Source: a virus
Reading direction: 5' to 3' (one strand)
Length of the DNA: 64,000 bases
Virus genome (UHGV): UHGV-1421865
Part shown: piece by piece, positions 19,126 through 28,617 of the stretch
Position numbering within the stretch: the first letter of the stretch is position 1
Layout of the letters: every line of letters begins with the position of its first letter
Notes under the pieces: model-generated
The model's database searches: none
The model's input: the letters and a program-made list of their open reading frames with translations, nothing else
Told to the model about the DNA's origin: nothing
Made by a program: the position numbers and the translations under genes

Positions 19126-19668
19126 TCACGAAATCATCATTGCCAAAGTTTTCTTACGTCGCTCTACATGTCCCGTAGACCGTACAGCATGCGACCGAAC
19201 TGCAGCGCAAACATATTTCATTTCTTTATCGTTACGGCAACGACTGAGCCGAGCATAGAATTTAGACCGACGGACAGAACCTTCGCCGCAGTTGAACAAC
19301 AGATCACCAAGACCGTCGATAAATTTCTGTGAGAACTTGTGAGTTTTATTCTTCAGTAGCTTATTGATCGTCATGTTCACAATTGCCATATCCTCCACAA
19401 AGTAGCGTTCTGCTTGTGCCTTAGAAATCACTTGTCCTGGTCGTACCGATTTACTATGGTGACCGTAACCGATAGACCAACCACCTGCATCGCGATACGC
19501 TTTCAACGACAGTCCTTCGTTGCGTTTAATGAACGATTCACCCTGTGCCGACACTTTGTATGTTGCATAGGTAGGTACTGTACTGACCACCAACAAGAGT
19601 ACTGTCAAAATAACTGTCCAAAAACTTTTAAGATTCATGTCAAATTGTTTGTTAATGGTGACTGACAC
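19126..19668 (-). CDS. T4-type lysozyme (GH24) with an N-terminal signal-anchor (SAR-like).
   Basis: N-terminal TM. Motif EGLSLKAYRDAGGWSIGYGH typical of GH24. Confidence 0.75.
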   Translation of the reverse strand: MSVTINKQFDMNLKSFWTVILTVLLLVVSTVPTYATYKVSAQGESFIKRNEGLSLKAYRDAGGWSIGYGHHSKSVRPGQVISKAQAERYFVEDMAIVNMTINKLLKNKTHKFSQKFIDGLGDLLFNCGEGSVRRSKFYARLSRCRNDKEMKYVCAAVRSHAVRSTGHVERRKKTLAMMIS

Positions 19669-19714
19669 ATTACCATGCCAGCCACCATAGTTATAAACTA
19701 GGCTAAACTAGACC

Positions 19715-20764
19715 TTAGAAAGGCAAGTCGTCAAGATTAGGCTCGGTCGTCGGCTTAGCCTGTTCTGCATTCGCCGTCACCTCTGTACTACCGACCTGAG
19801 CTGTAGCCTGAACGGTGCCTGCAAGAGGATTACCACCGCTCATAACAACATCCAACCAACGTTGAACACGTTCCTTTTGGTTATCCGACCACTCATGGTA
19901 GCTCAATTCGTTGAGGTCGGGGACGATTTCCTTCATACGAGCCAGTACCGTGTTGTAGATCTGTTTCAGAGCCACCGTATTGGGGTCTGCATTGATCTCT
20001 GCCATCATCTCGGCACGCTTTTCGGGGTCTTTGAGCTTCCATACCGGCATCATTGCCTCGATGTACTTGTCGAGAACCGCTTGTTCGTCACCGGTGAGAA
20101 GAGGACTGCCGTCGACATTCGTGTTCGATACACATTCGTCGGAGATTTCACACATATAAGAGATTTCTCGTGTCTTACGCTCAGGAGCACTCTTGTCGTC
20201 GGGGCCGGGATTAACCTCAAGCTCGATAGAACGACCGAACAAGAAGTCCATCACAGGAATCGGTGTACGACCGCTTTCTTCGGAAGGCTTCATCTTCGCG
20301 TTCACCACGTCGAGAACCGACTTCGGGAGCTTCCAGAAGAGGTATTTACCGACTAGGTCAGGTTGGTTCTTGTCTTCGAGGACCTGAACGATGCACCAGC
20401 GAGCGAAACGCTTTTCGAAGTACTTCTCTTGTTCTTTGAGCATATCCCCTTCCTTTGCATAGTGGCATTTCTTCCATGCAGTGAAGATAGGACAGCTGCG
20501 ATCGTTTACGGTGAGTGAAGATACCACCGAGAAGAAACCGTCGGTATCTTGCATCGCATAGTTTTGCTGCTCGAGAATCGAGTTCTTGAGGTCGAACGGA
20601 TTGTACACCATCTTAATGGTTGCACGGTACACACCGTCCTTACTTACGCTCTCTGAAGGACGAGTACGATAGATCTTCGAATCAGCGTACGATTGCTGGT
20701 CGTTTTCCGAAAAGGCCGTGAGGTCCGACGGATTGAAGTTAAGCGGATCAAAATTTTCTGTCAT
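19715..20764 (-). CDS. Single-stranded DNA-binding protein, T4 gp32-like, with acidic C-terminal ...DDLPF tail.
   Basis: Segment VGKYLFWKLPKSVLDVVNAKM resembles gp32 KYRFGKKIWDKINAMI. Terminal LDDLPF matches the SSB tail motif. Confidence 0.6.
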   Translation of the reverse strand: MTENFDPLNFNPSDLTAFSENDQQSYADSKIYRTRPSESVSKDGVYRATIKMVYNPFDLKNSILEQQNYAMQDTDGFFSVVSSLTVNDRSCPIFTAWKKCHYAKEGDMLKEQEKYFEKRFARWCIVQVLEDKNQPDLVGKYLFWKLPKSVLDVVNAKMKPSEESGRTPIPVMDFLFGRSIELEVNPGPDDKSAPERKTREISYMCEISDECVSNTNVDGSPLLTGDEQAVLDKYIEAMMPVWKLKDPEKRAEMMAEINADPNTVALKQIYNTVLARMKEIVPDLNELSYHEWSDNQKERVQRWLDVVMSGGNPLAGTVQATAQVGSTEVTANAEQAKPTTEPNLDDLPF

Positions 20765-21059
20765 AATACTGTTAAGTTAATTACTGTTAAAAATTGTCAA
20801 ATTGGTGTGTGTACCCCCTGTCACACCGTCTTGTTAGGTTATATTAAATAAGTCTGTATTAGGGTACGTATACAGACGCTGTACAGTCACTGTCTGATGA
20901 CGGTCAACCAGTTGCTATGAATGCGATCTTCTGGGACATGTTGTCCGTCTTCAAATTCGAAATAACCACCTCTGTAGTAGGCCATTCCCCAGTCGACACC
21001 GTCGGCACTCATACGAACCAGGCTGTCACCTTTGATTTCGACGTTGTTTTTATCGTACA

Positions 21060-21341
21060 TCATTCTTCGTTTACACGGTTAAGGACGTCCGTAAATGTAT
21101 CTTCCAAGATTTCAGTCATATCCTCAAGATACCGAAGCGCCGGTTTATCGTCGGTGTACAAATCGGGGTGGTTGGTAAGCATACCGTTAGCCACGTCGAT
21201 CAAGAACCGTTGAACTTTGATAACGAGTTCAAATTCGTCCTCTGTCATCACGTCATTGTAAATTCGGACAGTATTGTTAACAACATTGATAACGGTCTGC
21301 ATGTTGTCAAGGCACTGGTCATATTCTTTAATTCCAAACAT
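21060..21341 (-). CDS. Hypothetical protein (93 aa).
   Basis: ORF only. Confidence 0.4.
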   Translation of the reverse strand: MFGIKEYDQCLDNMQTVINVVNNTVRIYNDVMTEDEFELVIKVQRFLIDVANGMLTNHPDLYTDDKPALRYLEDMTEILEDTFTDVLNRVNEE

Positions 21342-21363
21342 AGTCTTTTATTGTTTTGATTGT

Positions 21364-21603
21364 TTATACATGTGACGTTACGTACTGGTCACGGAGCTTT
21401 TCGAGTTGCGTCAAGGCCTCACTTACTGTGATGGTATCGTCCAAAGCGATAGCCGGAAAGTCGTCGAATGTGACGTACAGCTTACCCTTATTGTCCGAAA
21501 TGTAGATTCTATGCTTAGCGTCGTGACGTACTCTTTTAAGTAGTTTCTCTTTAGAACGGTCGTCCCGAAGAGTAAACCAGTCTTTAATTGCTTTGATAAT
21601 CAT
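21364..21603 (-). CDS. Hypothetical protein (79 aa).
   Basis: ORF only. Confidence 0.4.
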   Translation of the reverse strand: MIIKAIKDWFTLRDDRSKEKLLKRVRHDAKHRIYISDNKGKLYVTFDDFPAIALDDTITVSEALTQLEKLRDQYVTSHV

Positions 21604-21753
21604 TGTTGTTGTTGTGAACTAACTAACTTACATATATAATATAGACTGTTATGGTAACAAAATCAGTCTACACCAGTAGTAAAATCAGTGAGTTGTTTGT
21701 TGCTTACATATATAATATAGCGGACTTTGTGAGATAAATCAGTACAACTGAGA

Positions 21754-22116
21754 TCAAAATGTCAACGACGCTGTACTTTTGTATCTTAGAAAGTCCTCCG
21801 ACGATACTGTGCATTCACGAACAAGACCTTGTACTACGCAATTATAGTTATAAATAAGGTGGAAATAATAAGACTTACCGTTCGTTATATGAATGAACCA
21901 TGTGTTTTTGTTGAAATGATAAATGAATTCTACCGGACCTTCATTGATATTGTTTATATACAAGTCGTGAACAGCATCGGGGCGAAGATCTACCCAACTA
22001 TAATTAGAGGCTTTCTTTATAATGTACGAAAATTCCTCGGCGTGCTTGTTCATTCTCTCGACTGTGAAGTAAATACCCAGTACTATTAGTAGTATAATTA
22101 CTATAAGACCTGTCAT
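21754..22116 (-). CDS. Membrane-anchored hypothetical protein (120 aa).
   Basis: N-terminal TM MTGLIVIILLIVLGIYFTV. Confidence 0.45.
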   Translation of the reverse strand: MTGLIVIILLIVLGIYFTVERMNKHAEEFSYIIKKASNYSWVDLRPDAVHDLYINNINEGPVEFIYHFNKNTWFIHITNGKSYYFHLIYNYNCVVQGLVRECTVSSEDFLRYKSTASLTF

Positions 22117-22129
22117 GATGTTATGTTGT

Positions 22130-22639
22130 TTATATACCTGCCGGTTTTAACGGACGTGTCATTTTTCTACATTTATAGAACATGTCATCTGATATAATCA
22201 AATTAGGCATTTTCCAATTAGATAGATCTGATTTGAATATCGTACAATGTGAAAACATGCCTATTGTATCTATTACACTCTCAGGTCGCCACGACGACAG
22301 ATCAGAATTAAATAAATTACAATCGTAAAACATGTGAGACATAGATTCTACGTTTGAAACGTCCCAACCAGACAGATCACAGTTGAATGCAGCATGTTCA
22401 AAAAACATACTCGTCATGTTCTTCACATTGCTGGTGTTCCACTGGTCGATTTTGATGTTGTGAATAATTAAATATGCAAATAAGTTAGACATGTCTGTGA
22501 TGAGAGACGTGTCGATAAAATTTAGATCTGCATCTGGGCCTTGTTTACTCAATTCGCTAAATACCAAAGATCTAAGTTCGTCTTTTGTTGTGGGTCTTAA
22601 TGTTAATGATTTCGAATTTGATGTGATGTGTATACTCAT
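22130..22639 (-). CDS. DUF285-type repeat protein paralog (169 aa).
   Basis: MSIHITSNSK...QGPDADLNFIDTS plus 3 repeats. Confidence 0.8.
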   Translation of the reverse strand: MSIHITSNSKSLTLRPTTKDELRSLVFSELSKQGPDADLNFIDTSLITDMSNLFAYLIIHNIKIDQWNTSNVKNMTSMFFEHAAFNCDLSGWDVSNVESMSHMFYDCNLFNSDLSSWRPESVIDTIGMFSHCTIFKSDLSNWKMPNLIISDDMFYKCRKMTRPLKPAGI

Positions 22640-22769
22640 TTTACTTTGATATTAGGTATTTTATCATGCGTTTTGAACTACACGTTATTATAATAACTAA
22701 GTATAATAAAAGTGACTTCGATGTTTCCATCAAAGCCACCAAATAATCCACAATTTACACCGTGTATTA

Positions 22770-23780
22770 TCAAGCAAACTCAAACACAACTCTTGTGTTG
22801 CATCGTTTGATCTTACCACTATTGGCGATTTCAAATCCAGGACGTCCCTTTGCGACTTCAAACTCCTTTACTTTAACCTTTACAGGCTGACCGGGTTTGT
22901 AGTTCACGAGGTCGTACGAGGATACTTCCAAAAAGCCGGTGATACAGCGTTCTTCCAACTCAACGAAGATACCACACTTCTTTTGTGACTTGATAACACC
23001 ACTCACCTTACCTTCGATAACAGCACGCGGCTTCTTTGCTTTGTCGTCGGCTTTCGTAGACTCTACCAGTTTGTACATTTCCAACATACCGTTGTACTGA
23101 AGCAATTTCTTTCGAGAACAGAGTAGTACGTTCGTCATCACACCGTCGATACGGTATTCAGAGAAGCTGTCGCTGAGTACATCGACGTACTGTCCTACCC
23201 ACCGTGCGAAGTCGCTTTCTATGTTCAACACAATTTGTGAACCGGGAACAAAGATAGGCTGCGTGTAGACGTTATCGCTGAGCGGTTCGAGACTGTCGAT
23301 AAGCATACTGCCGATATAACCACCGCGAACAAGACGGTCCAGGCGAACAGTGCGCATTGCACTGTAGTCGAAATGTTCCAGCCAGTACTTGTAGTACGCA
23401 TTCTTGATCGATACGTTGTACTGACCATGTACATTACTAAACGAACGAACCTCAAACATCACTTCACCGTCCGTCGTTTCGAGATAGTGCTTAAACTTCT
23501 CCTGACCGTAGAAATTATCGTTAGCAAAGATGATCTCTGAAACACCGGGTACTTCCAGAATAACACCGGACTTGTTGATCTCTTTAACCTTACCGGTATA
23601 AACCTGCCCCATTTCCAACGTAACAGGATTTACTACCCGTACATTTTTAAGCTTAATAGAATAAGCATCACAAAAAGCCTCGTTAATGGACTTTTTAGCA
23701 TACTTTTTTGTGTTTGACTTGATACGATCTAAGTCGTTGGCACAAAAATCATCATTTGGTGTTGCTGTTACAACTGCCAT
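22770..23780 (-). CDS. Hypothetical protein with two S1/OB-fold-like segments.
   Basis: GQVYTGKVKEINKSGVILEVPG and IEGKVSGVIKSQKKCGIFVELEE resemble S1 domains. Weak. Confidence 0.4.
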   Translation of the reverse strand: MAVVTATPNDDFCANDLDRIKSNTKKYAKKSINEAFCDAYSIKLKNVRVVNPVTLEMGQVYTGKVKEINKSGVILEVPGVSEIIFANDNFYGQEKFKHYLETTDGEVMFEVRSFSNVHGQYNVSIKNAYYKYWLEHFDYSAMRTVRLDRLVRGGYIGSMLIDSLEPLSDNVYTQPIFVPGSQIVLNIESDFARWVGQYVDVLSDSFSEYRIDGVMTNVLLCSRKKLLQYNGMLEMYKLVESTKADDKAKKPRAVIEGKVSGVIKSQKKCGIFVELEERCITGFLEVSSYDLVNYKPGQPVKVKVKEFEVAKGRPGFEIANSGKIKRCNTRVVFEFA

Positions 23781-23931
23781 ATATTTTTTATTATGCTATA
23801 TGATAACTATTGTAAGGTACCGACGTCTATAAATACCTTAACATAGCTATCATATAACGGATTGAAATTAAAAACTATTGTGTAGACGTCTAAGCTATAT
23901 ATATAATATATTAAAACAATAAATTGACACA

Positions 23932-24412
23932 TCAGAACGGTCTCAATTGCGGCCAATTTAATTTGCTTGTATCTAATGCACGGCAGTTGTCAAACATACC
24001 AGTTATACCAATCAAATTCCTCGTGTCCCAAACAGACAGGTCACATTTGAAATCAAAACAACAACCGAACATTCTATTCATTCTCCTCACATTCTTTGTG
24101 TTCCAAGTAGATATATCAGTCATAAGCATATCACAACCCATAAACATCCCGTCCATATCAGTGACATTGCTAACGTCCCACTCGTCGATTTTGATGTTCC
24201 GAATATCCAGTTTGTGAAATAATCCGAACATGTCTGTGATCTCTGATGTATCAATTACATATAACACGGTAGTGTTATTAAGTTCAAGTCGGCATCCGGA
24301 CCTTGACGTTCTAATTCAGATCTTATTATAGACTGTAATTGTTCTCTCGATGTAGGTCTCACATAAAGTGATCTTGTATTAGATGTTATGTGAATTGACA
24401 TAGCTATTTTAA
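23932..24412 (-). pseudogene. DUF285-type paralog disrupted by a 23-bp hairpin-forming insertion (plus strand 24257-24279) inside the conserved DLN-IDTS codons.
   Basis: Upstream frame reads MSIHITSNTRSL...ELERQGPDADLN, then a stop. Removing the 23 nt restores DLNLIDTSEITDM in frame with the 111-aa downstream ORF. Confidence 0.6.
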
Positions 24413-24414
24413 TA

Positions 24415-24903
24415 TCATAAAAAGAACCAAACATATATGAAAGTGGCCCAAGTAAGTATACCGATAATCGACTGAACGATAGACATAAACAATGACGTTT
24501 TGTTGGTCGGCTTTATCAGACTGGGTAGTACTAATTGATTACCTTTATACCATTCAGGTAGTTTGTCAAGCGAACAACAAAGATCGAACATGTTACTCAT
24601 GTCTTTCACATTGGATGTGTTCCAAGAACTCAAATCACAATTGAACTCTGTACGAAAAGCAAACATACAAGACATGTTCGTCACATTAGAGACATTCCAC
24701 TGGTCTATCTTGATGTTTCTGACACTGATATACGGATTACAAAACAAAAACGACATGTCGCTGATCTCTTCTGTGTCGATATGATTCAGATCAGCATCTG
24801 GTCCTTGACGTTTCAGTTCTTGTTCTATTATAGACTGTAGTTGTTCTTTCGATGTAGGTCTTATAACAGACGACTTCGCCTGTGAAGTGATGTGTAATGC
24901 CAT
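24415..24903 (-). CDS. DUF285-type paralog with a C-terminal transmembrane anchor (162 aa).
   Basis: Head plus 2 repeats, then SIVQSIIGILTWATFIYVWFFL. Confidence 0.75.
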   Translation of the reverse strand: MALHITSQAKSSVIRPTSKEQLQSIIEQELKRQGPDADLNHIDTEEISDMSFLFCNPYISVRNIKIDQWNVSNVTNMSCMFAFRTEFNCDLSSWNTSNVKDMSNMFDLCCSLDKLPEWYKGNQLVLPSLIKPTNKTSLFMSIVQSIIGILTWATFIYVWFFL

Positions 24904-24937
24904 TATTTGTAGTCGGCTTATACATTCTTATAAAAAT

Positions 24938-25903
24938 TTAACAACCTCTACCACCACAATTGCCCAGAATAGGTTCTGCACTGTAACATTTCGGTTCTCG
25001 TTTCGGTTTGCTGGTTATAGTTACTGTAGTTCGATTGTCTAAATCACGAATCTTTTTAAGATCGATAGACGGGCTGTCCCAATCCAGTTTTATATCACCG
25101 TCTGGGAATATAATGACATCATTCACTTCAAAATAAGTAGAATTGTCTATCAACGTAAACCTTACACCTTTATGAAAGGAGATGGTATTATATCCGTTGT
25201 AGATAACAAGTACTGAATTGCACACATTACAACCGCTTATGTGTACATTTGTACCATATTTATTTCCGTAAGTATCAATTAGATAGCGCGATGTCTTATC
25301 GTCGTTATCCTTCAATGTAAATGTAGACCGTGTACCCGTCGATGTCTTCAGATAGTTTGCACGCAACTGAATATCGAAGTAATCGTAACGTTTAATGTCT
25401 TCGATATATGACAAGAACTTATCGCTATCGACCAAATCCTGAATATGGTCGTTGAGTAAGATATTGATTCGCACCCGCGCATTTGAAGTGACCGCTGCGA
25501 TAATCTCGTCGAAGGTACTAAAATCGGCGTAGTTATGTCCGTAATGACGAGATACATTAAATCCGTCTACAATACCTAAAATCTCATGAAAGATCTCACT
25601 GTCTGGATCGACCTTAGGAAACGACGTGTTTACGTATACATTGTATTTAGTCTTGTCGATACCTTTAATGATTTGGTACAGACTATCCAGATTGTCCAAC
25701 GGTTCGCCACCGGAGATAACAATGTCTTTAATAGACGATACCTTAGAAAGGACACTCTTGATTCGGCTCTTGATCTTTCGAACAGATGCCAGCTCTTTCT
25801 TGTACAGCGACTTTGTCGTACAAAAACTACAATTTTTCGTACAATCCCAAGGTACGAATACCGTCAATGCGAGATTAACTCTACCTGATTTGATGTCAAT
25901 CAT
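24938..25903 (-). CDS. Radical SAM domain protein (321 aa). Possible glycyl-radical (NrdD) activase relative or other function.
   Basis: N-terminal CTKNCSFC (CxxxCxxC) cluster. GGEPL-like SGGEPLD motif. Confidence 0.65.
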   Translation of the reverse strand: MIDIKSGRVNLALTVFVPWDCTKNCSFCTTKSLYKKELASVRKIKSRIKSVLSKVSSIKDIVISGGEPLDNLDSLYQIIKGIDKTKYNVYVNTSFPKVDPDSEIFHEILGIVDGFNVSRHYGHNYADFSTFDEIIAAVTSNARVRINILLNDHIQDLVDSDKFLSYIEDIKRYDYFDIQLRANYLKTSTGTRSTFTLKDNDDKTSRYLIDTYGNKYGTNVHISGCNVCNSVLVIYNGYNTISFHKGVRFTLIDNSTYFEVNDVIIFPDGDIKLDWDSPSIDLKKIRDLDNRTTVTITSKPKREPKCYSAEPILGNCGGRGC

Positions 25904-25906
25904 AAC

Positions 25907-26467
25907 TTAGCACATTTCGAGTTCTTCGAAGATTCTTTCGTAGTCTGTTTTATCTTTAAGACTAGATACGTTCCAATTACGGATAGTATTTACGTCAAAA
26001 CAATAGTTTTCTTCACAAAAAATACCGTCCATGTATTCTACTTTGGACACGTCCCAGTGGCACAAATTAGAATCAAACAGTCCACAGCAATAAAACATAC
26101 TGCGCATGTCCTTCACGTTGCTGACATTCCAGTCGTACAAGTCGGCTCTAAATTCAACATCCTGGAACATACCTTGCATATTCGTGACGTTACTGACGTC
26201 CCACTTATCAATCAGTAGATAGAAACCTTGAAAGTCGTCGAATTTGATAACAAGATCCTTATTCTCCCACGAAATCGCCTGATTGAACACATAAGACATG
26301 TCCGTGATCTTCGATACATCGATGAAGTTGAGATCGATAGTTACAAGACCATATCTGTCATCGTCCTCTTCGATATAGTCATACGCCTCATCGAGTTGAC
26401 GTTGCGTTTCATCTTTGATGATTTGAATGAGCTCTTCTCTGGTTTGTGGTTGATACTTAAATTCCAT
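25907..26467 (-). CDS. DUF285-type paralog, head subtype B (MEFKYQPQTREELIQIIKDETQRQLDEAY...).
   Basis: Alternative head sharing the DLNFIDVSKITDMSYVF core, plus 4 repeats. Confidence 0.75.
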   Translation of the reverse strand: MEFKYQPQTREELIQIIKDETQRQLDEAYDYIEEDDDRYGLVTIDLNFIDVSKITDMSYVFNQAISWENKDLVIKFDDFQGFYLLIDKWDVSNVTNMQGMFQDVEFRADLYDWNVSNVKDMRSMFYCCGLFDSNLCHWDVSKVEYMDGIFCEENYCFDVNTIRNWNVSSLKDKTDYERIFEELEMC

Positions 26468-26563
26468 TGTCGTACATTACTTTAGGCGTTCTCACTTTGT
26501 TTTCTTATATTATATATAGCTTACTTGTACGTACAAATCAATGTGGCAGACTAAAGATCTACA

Positions 26564-27145
26564 TCAGAGATTTAGTTGTTTACAAGCATCGGCTAGAATT
26601 GAGTTGATTCTACTTCGAACCGACGAGCATTCAGCATTAGACACCGCTCGTTCCATTGTACGCAATAAGGATTCGACTTCGGAACACGTCTTGTTGAATA
26701 GATGCTCTACATCGTCGTCGTTTTGAATGTTCTCGTCTAGATCGTAGTATTTGTTCAAAAACTCGTCGTAATCGTCTTCGGCTTTATTATAAAGCAATAT
26801 ATTTTGTGGACTGTATACAATAGCCGTATTTCGTATATGCTCAGCTACCGGATCCAGTTCATCGCCGCTAATAGTGTACGAATCGTTCAACTTAGCGAAG
26901 TCAACTACATTGTATTCTACCTCAAATGCCGCATTAGAACGACGCAGGTCGATAAACGACTCACAAAATACATCCTCGTCGTCGACATCGCAACAAAGAT
27001 GATATATGTAATCTCCGAACTTAAAGTATACATCGTTTTTGAGCAAATAGTCAACACCGTCGACATGAACCAAGATACCACGATACTTATATTGAACAGT
27101 TTTCTCCTCCTTGTCGGTGAGATACCTAAATGTAATCGTACTCAT
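26564..27145 (-). CDS. Hypothetical acidic protein (193 aa).
   Basis: ORF only. Confidence 0.45.
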   Translation of the reverse strand: MSTITFRYLTDKEEKTVQYKYRGILVHVDGVDYLLKNDVYFKFGDYIYHLCCDVDDEDVFCESFIDLRRSNAAFEVEYNVVDFAKLNDSYTISGDELDPVAEHIRNTAIVYSPQNILLYNKAEDDYDEFLNKYYDLDENIQNDDDVEHLFNKTCSEVESLLRTMERAVSNAECSSVRSRINSILADACKQLNL

Positions 27146-27184
27146 ATTTTTACTTTTTACACGTTATAACACTATTTTAGACAC

Positions 27185-27290
27185 TACTGTAGACTACACA
27201 AGACAATACAGTAGACCCAACAAGACTGTACAAGACAATACAGTAGACCCAACAAGACTGTACAAGACTCGACAAGACTACACAAGATCA
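27185..27290. repeat. Tandem direct repeats (32-nt unit caagacaatacagtagacccaacaagactgta x2) plus flanking caagact variants.
   Basis: Seen directly. Reverse complement of the tcttgta iterons at 46130-46215. Confidence 0.6.
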
Positions 27291-27598
27291 AAAAATATCT
27301 GCCAAGCAAAATAAATAATAGAATTTACTTTACCGTAAAACACAGCTATTTCTTGTCCATCAACTACAGCTCTATATAATGTCAATAAATTGACATAGTC
27401 AATTCAATGTCAATAAATCGACATCGTGATTCAATGAACTATCGTCGGTACCGGATAATTCGTTCAAATCTTGTAATGACGATTCCATAGTCTCCAAGAA
27501 CTCGTCTACGTCCGAACATGTTCTATTAAACAAATTCTCAAATTGTTTCTGAAAATTATTGTAGTACTCTTTAATAAATATAATCGATAGTTCTCATA

Positions 27599-27994
27599 TC
27601 ACAGGAAATAATCGTTTATCACTAAGTCATAATAATCTGGATAAACACAAATTTGTCTGAAGGTATCATTATGACCAACTTGTTCGCCGCTTTCATCAAA
27701 AATCAAATAGCTGAAATCTTCATCGCTATATACTAGCTTACAATCCATGTAATTACCATCGTGTTTAATATAAAAATTGATAGTATCATTGGAGTAAATT
27801 TCCCTACCGTCTTCTAATTCCGATACTAGTATACCAATAGTTTTGTTGTCGTTTACGTCAACTACAACATCTAATCCATTGTATTTATCTTCAATGAAAT
27901 GATATTCGTATTCAGTTTCAGAACTGTATACCTTAACTATTTGACCAAAGTAACTTTTGGAAAAATCACTATAACGATATTTGATATGTAACAT
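27599..27994 (-). CDS. Hypothetical protein (131 aa).
   Basis: ORF only. Confidence 0.45.
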   Translation of the reverse strand: MLHIKYRYSDFSKSYFGQIVKVYSSETEYEYHFIEDKYNGLDVVVDVNDNKTIGILVSELEDGREIYSNDTINFYIKHDGNYMDCKLVYSDEDFSYLIFDESGEQVGHNDTFRQICVYPDYYDLVINDYFL

Positions 27995-28079
27995 AATTAG
28001 GCTGTTTTATGCTGTATAAATAGCAACATTTACAGACAAAATCAGTGTACCGTATAGATTCCTACACATATTTCTACAG

Positions 28080-28226
28080 TTTCTATTTCGCGTACTGGTA
28101 TATACAAACATAGAATCGACGTAAAGGTACTTTTTAGCCTCTCTGACGCACTCAAATGCACTGACCTTGGTACTACTAAGGTCAAACAAAAATCGTGCGG
28201 TACAGGGCAAATTTTTGTACGTTTTG
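28080..28226 (+). ncRNA. Structured repeat element, copy 4.
   Basis: Conserved gcgtactggtat...cgtaaaggtacttttt. Stems ctctctgacgcac/gtgcggtacaggg and gaccttggta/tactaaggtc. U-tract aaatttttgt. Confidence 0.5.
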
Positions 28227-28240
28227 AACAGCACAACAAG

Positions 28241-28612
28241 TTACTTGAAATTCGGACGGAACTTAGGTTGCATTTTATAACAACCCAAAAACGCATACTC
28301 ATGTTTTGTAACATTACTAACGTCCCATTTAGATAGGTCGCAACTGAATTTATCTTGATTCATAAACATAAAAGACATATCTGTAACATTACTAACGTCC
28401 CACTCGTCGATTTTAATGTTTTCGATATGAAGTAGGTCGAACAACTTCGACATATCTGTGATCTCTGATGTATCAATGAAATTTAAGTCGGCATCCAGCC
28501 CCTGTCGTTTTAGTTCTTTGTCTATGATGACTTTCAGTTCGCTATACGATGTAGGACGTACACTTAGGGATTTGCTCTTAGATGTTATTTTAAGCCGTTC
28601 GTTGATGTACAT
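28241..28612 (-). CDS. DUF285-type repeat protein paralog (123 aa, long-head variant ...ERLKITSKSKS).
   Basis: Head plus 2 repeats. Confidence 0.8.
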   Translation of the reverse strand: MYINERLKITSKSKSLSVRPTSYSELKVIIDKELKRQGLDADLNFIDTSEITDMSKLFDLLHIENIKIDEWDVSNVTDMSFMFMNQDKFSCDLSKWDVSNVTKHEYAFLGCYKMQPKFRPNFK

Positions 28613-28617
28613 TGAAA

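Noticed and set aside
19862-20356. 164-aa plus-strand ORF
   Set aside because: It is antisense to the gp32-like SSB gene.
21625-21720. Direct repeat cttacatatataatatag x2 and related gctatatataatata motifs at 23893 and 26508 as T4-like late promoters (TATAAATA)
   Set aside because: The motif is AT-rich and nearly palindromic, orientation relative to genes is inconsistent, and it does not match TATAAATA exactly. Noted as possible but not called.
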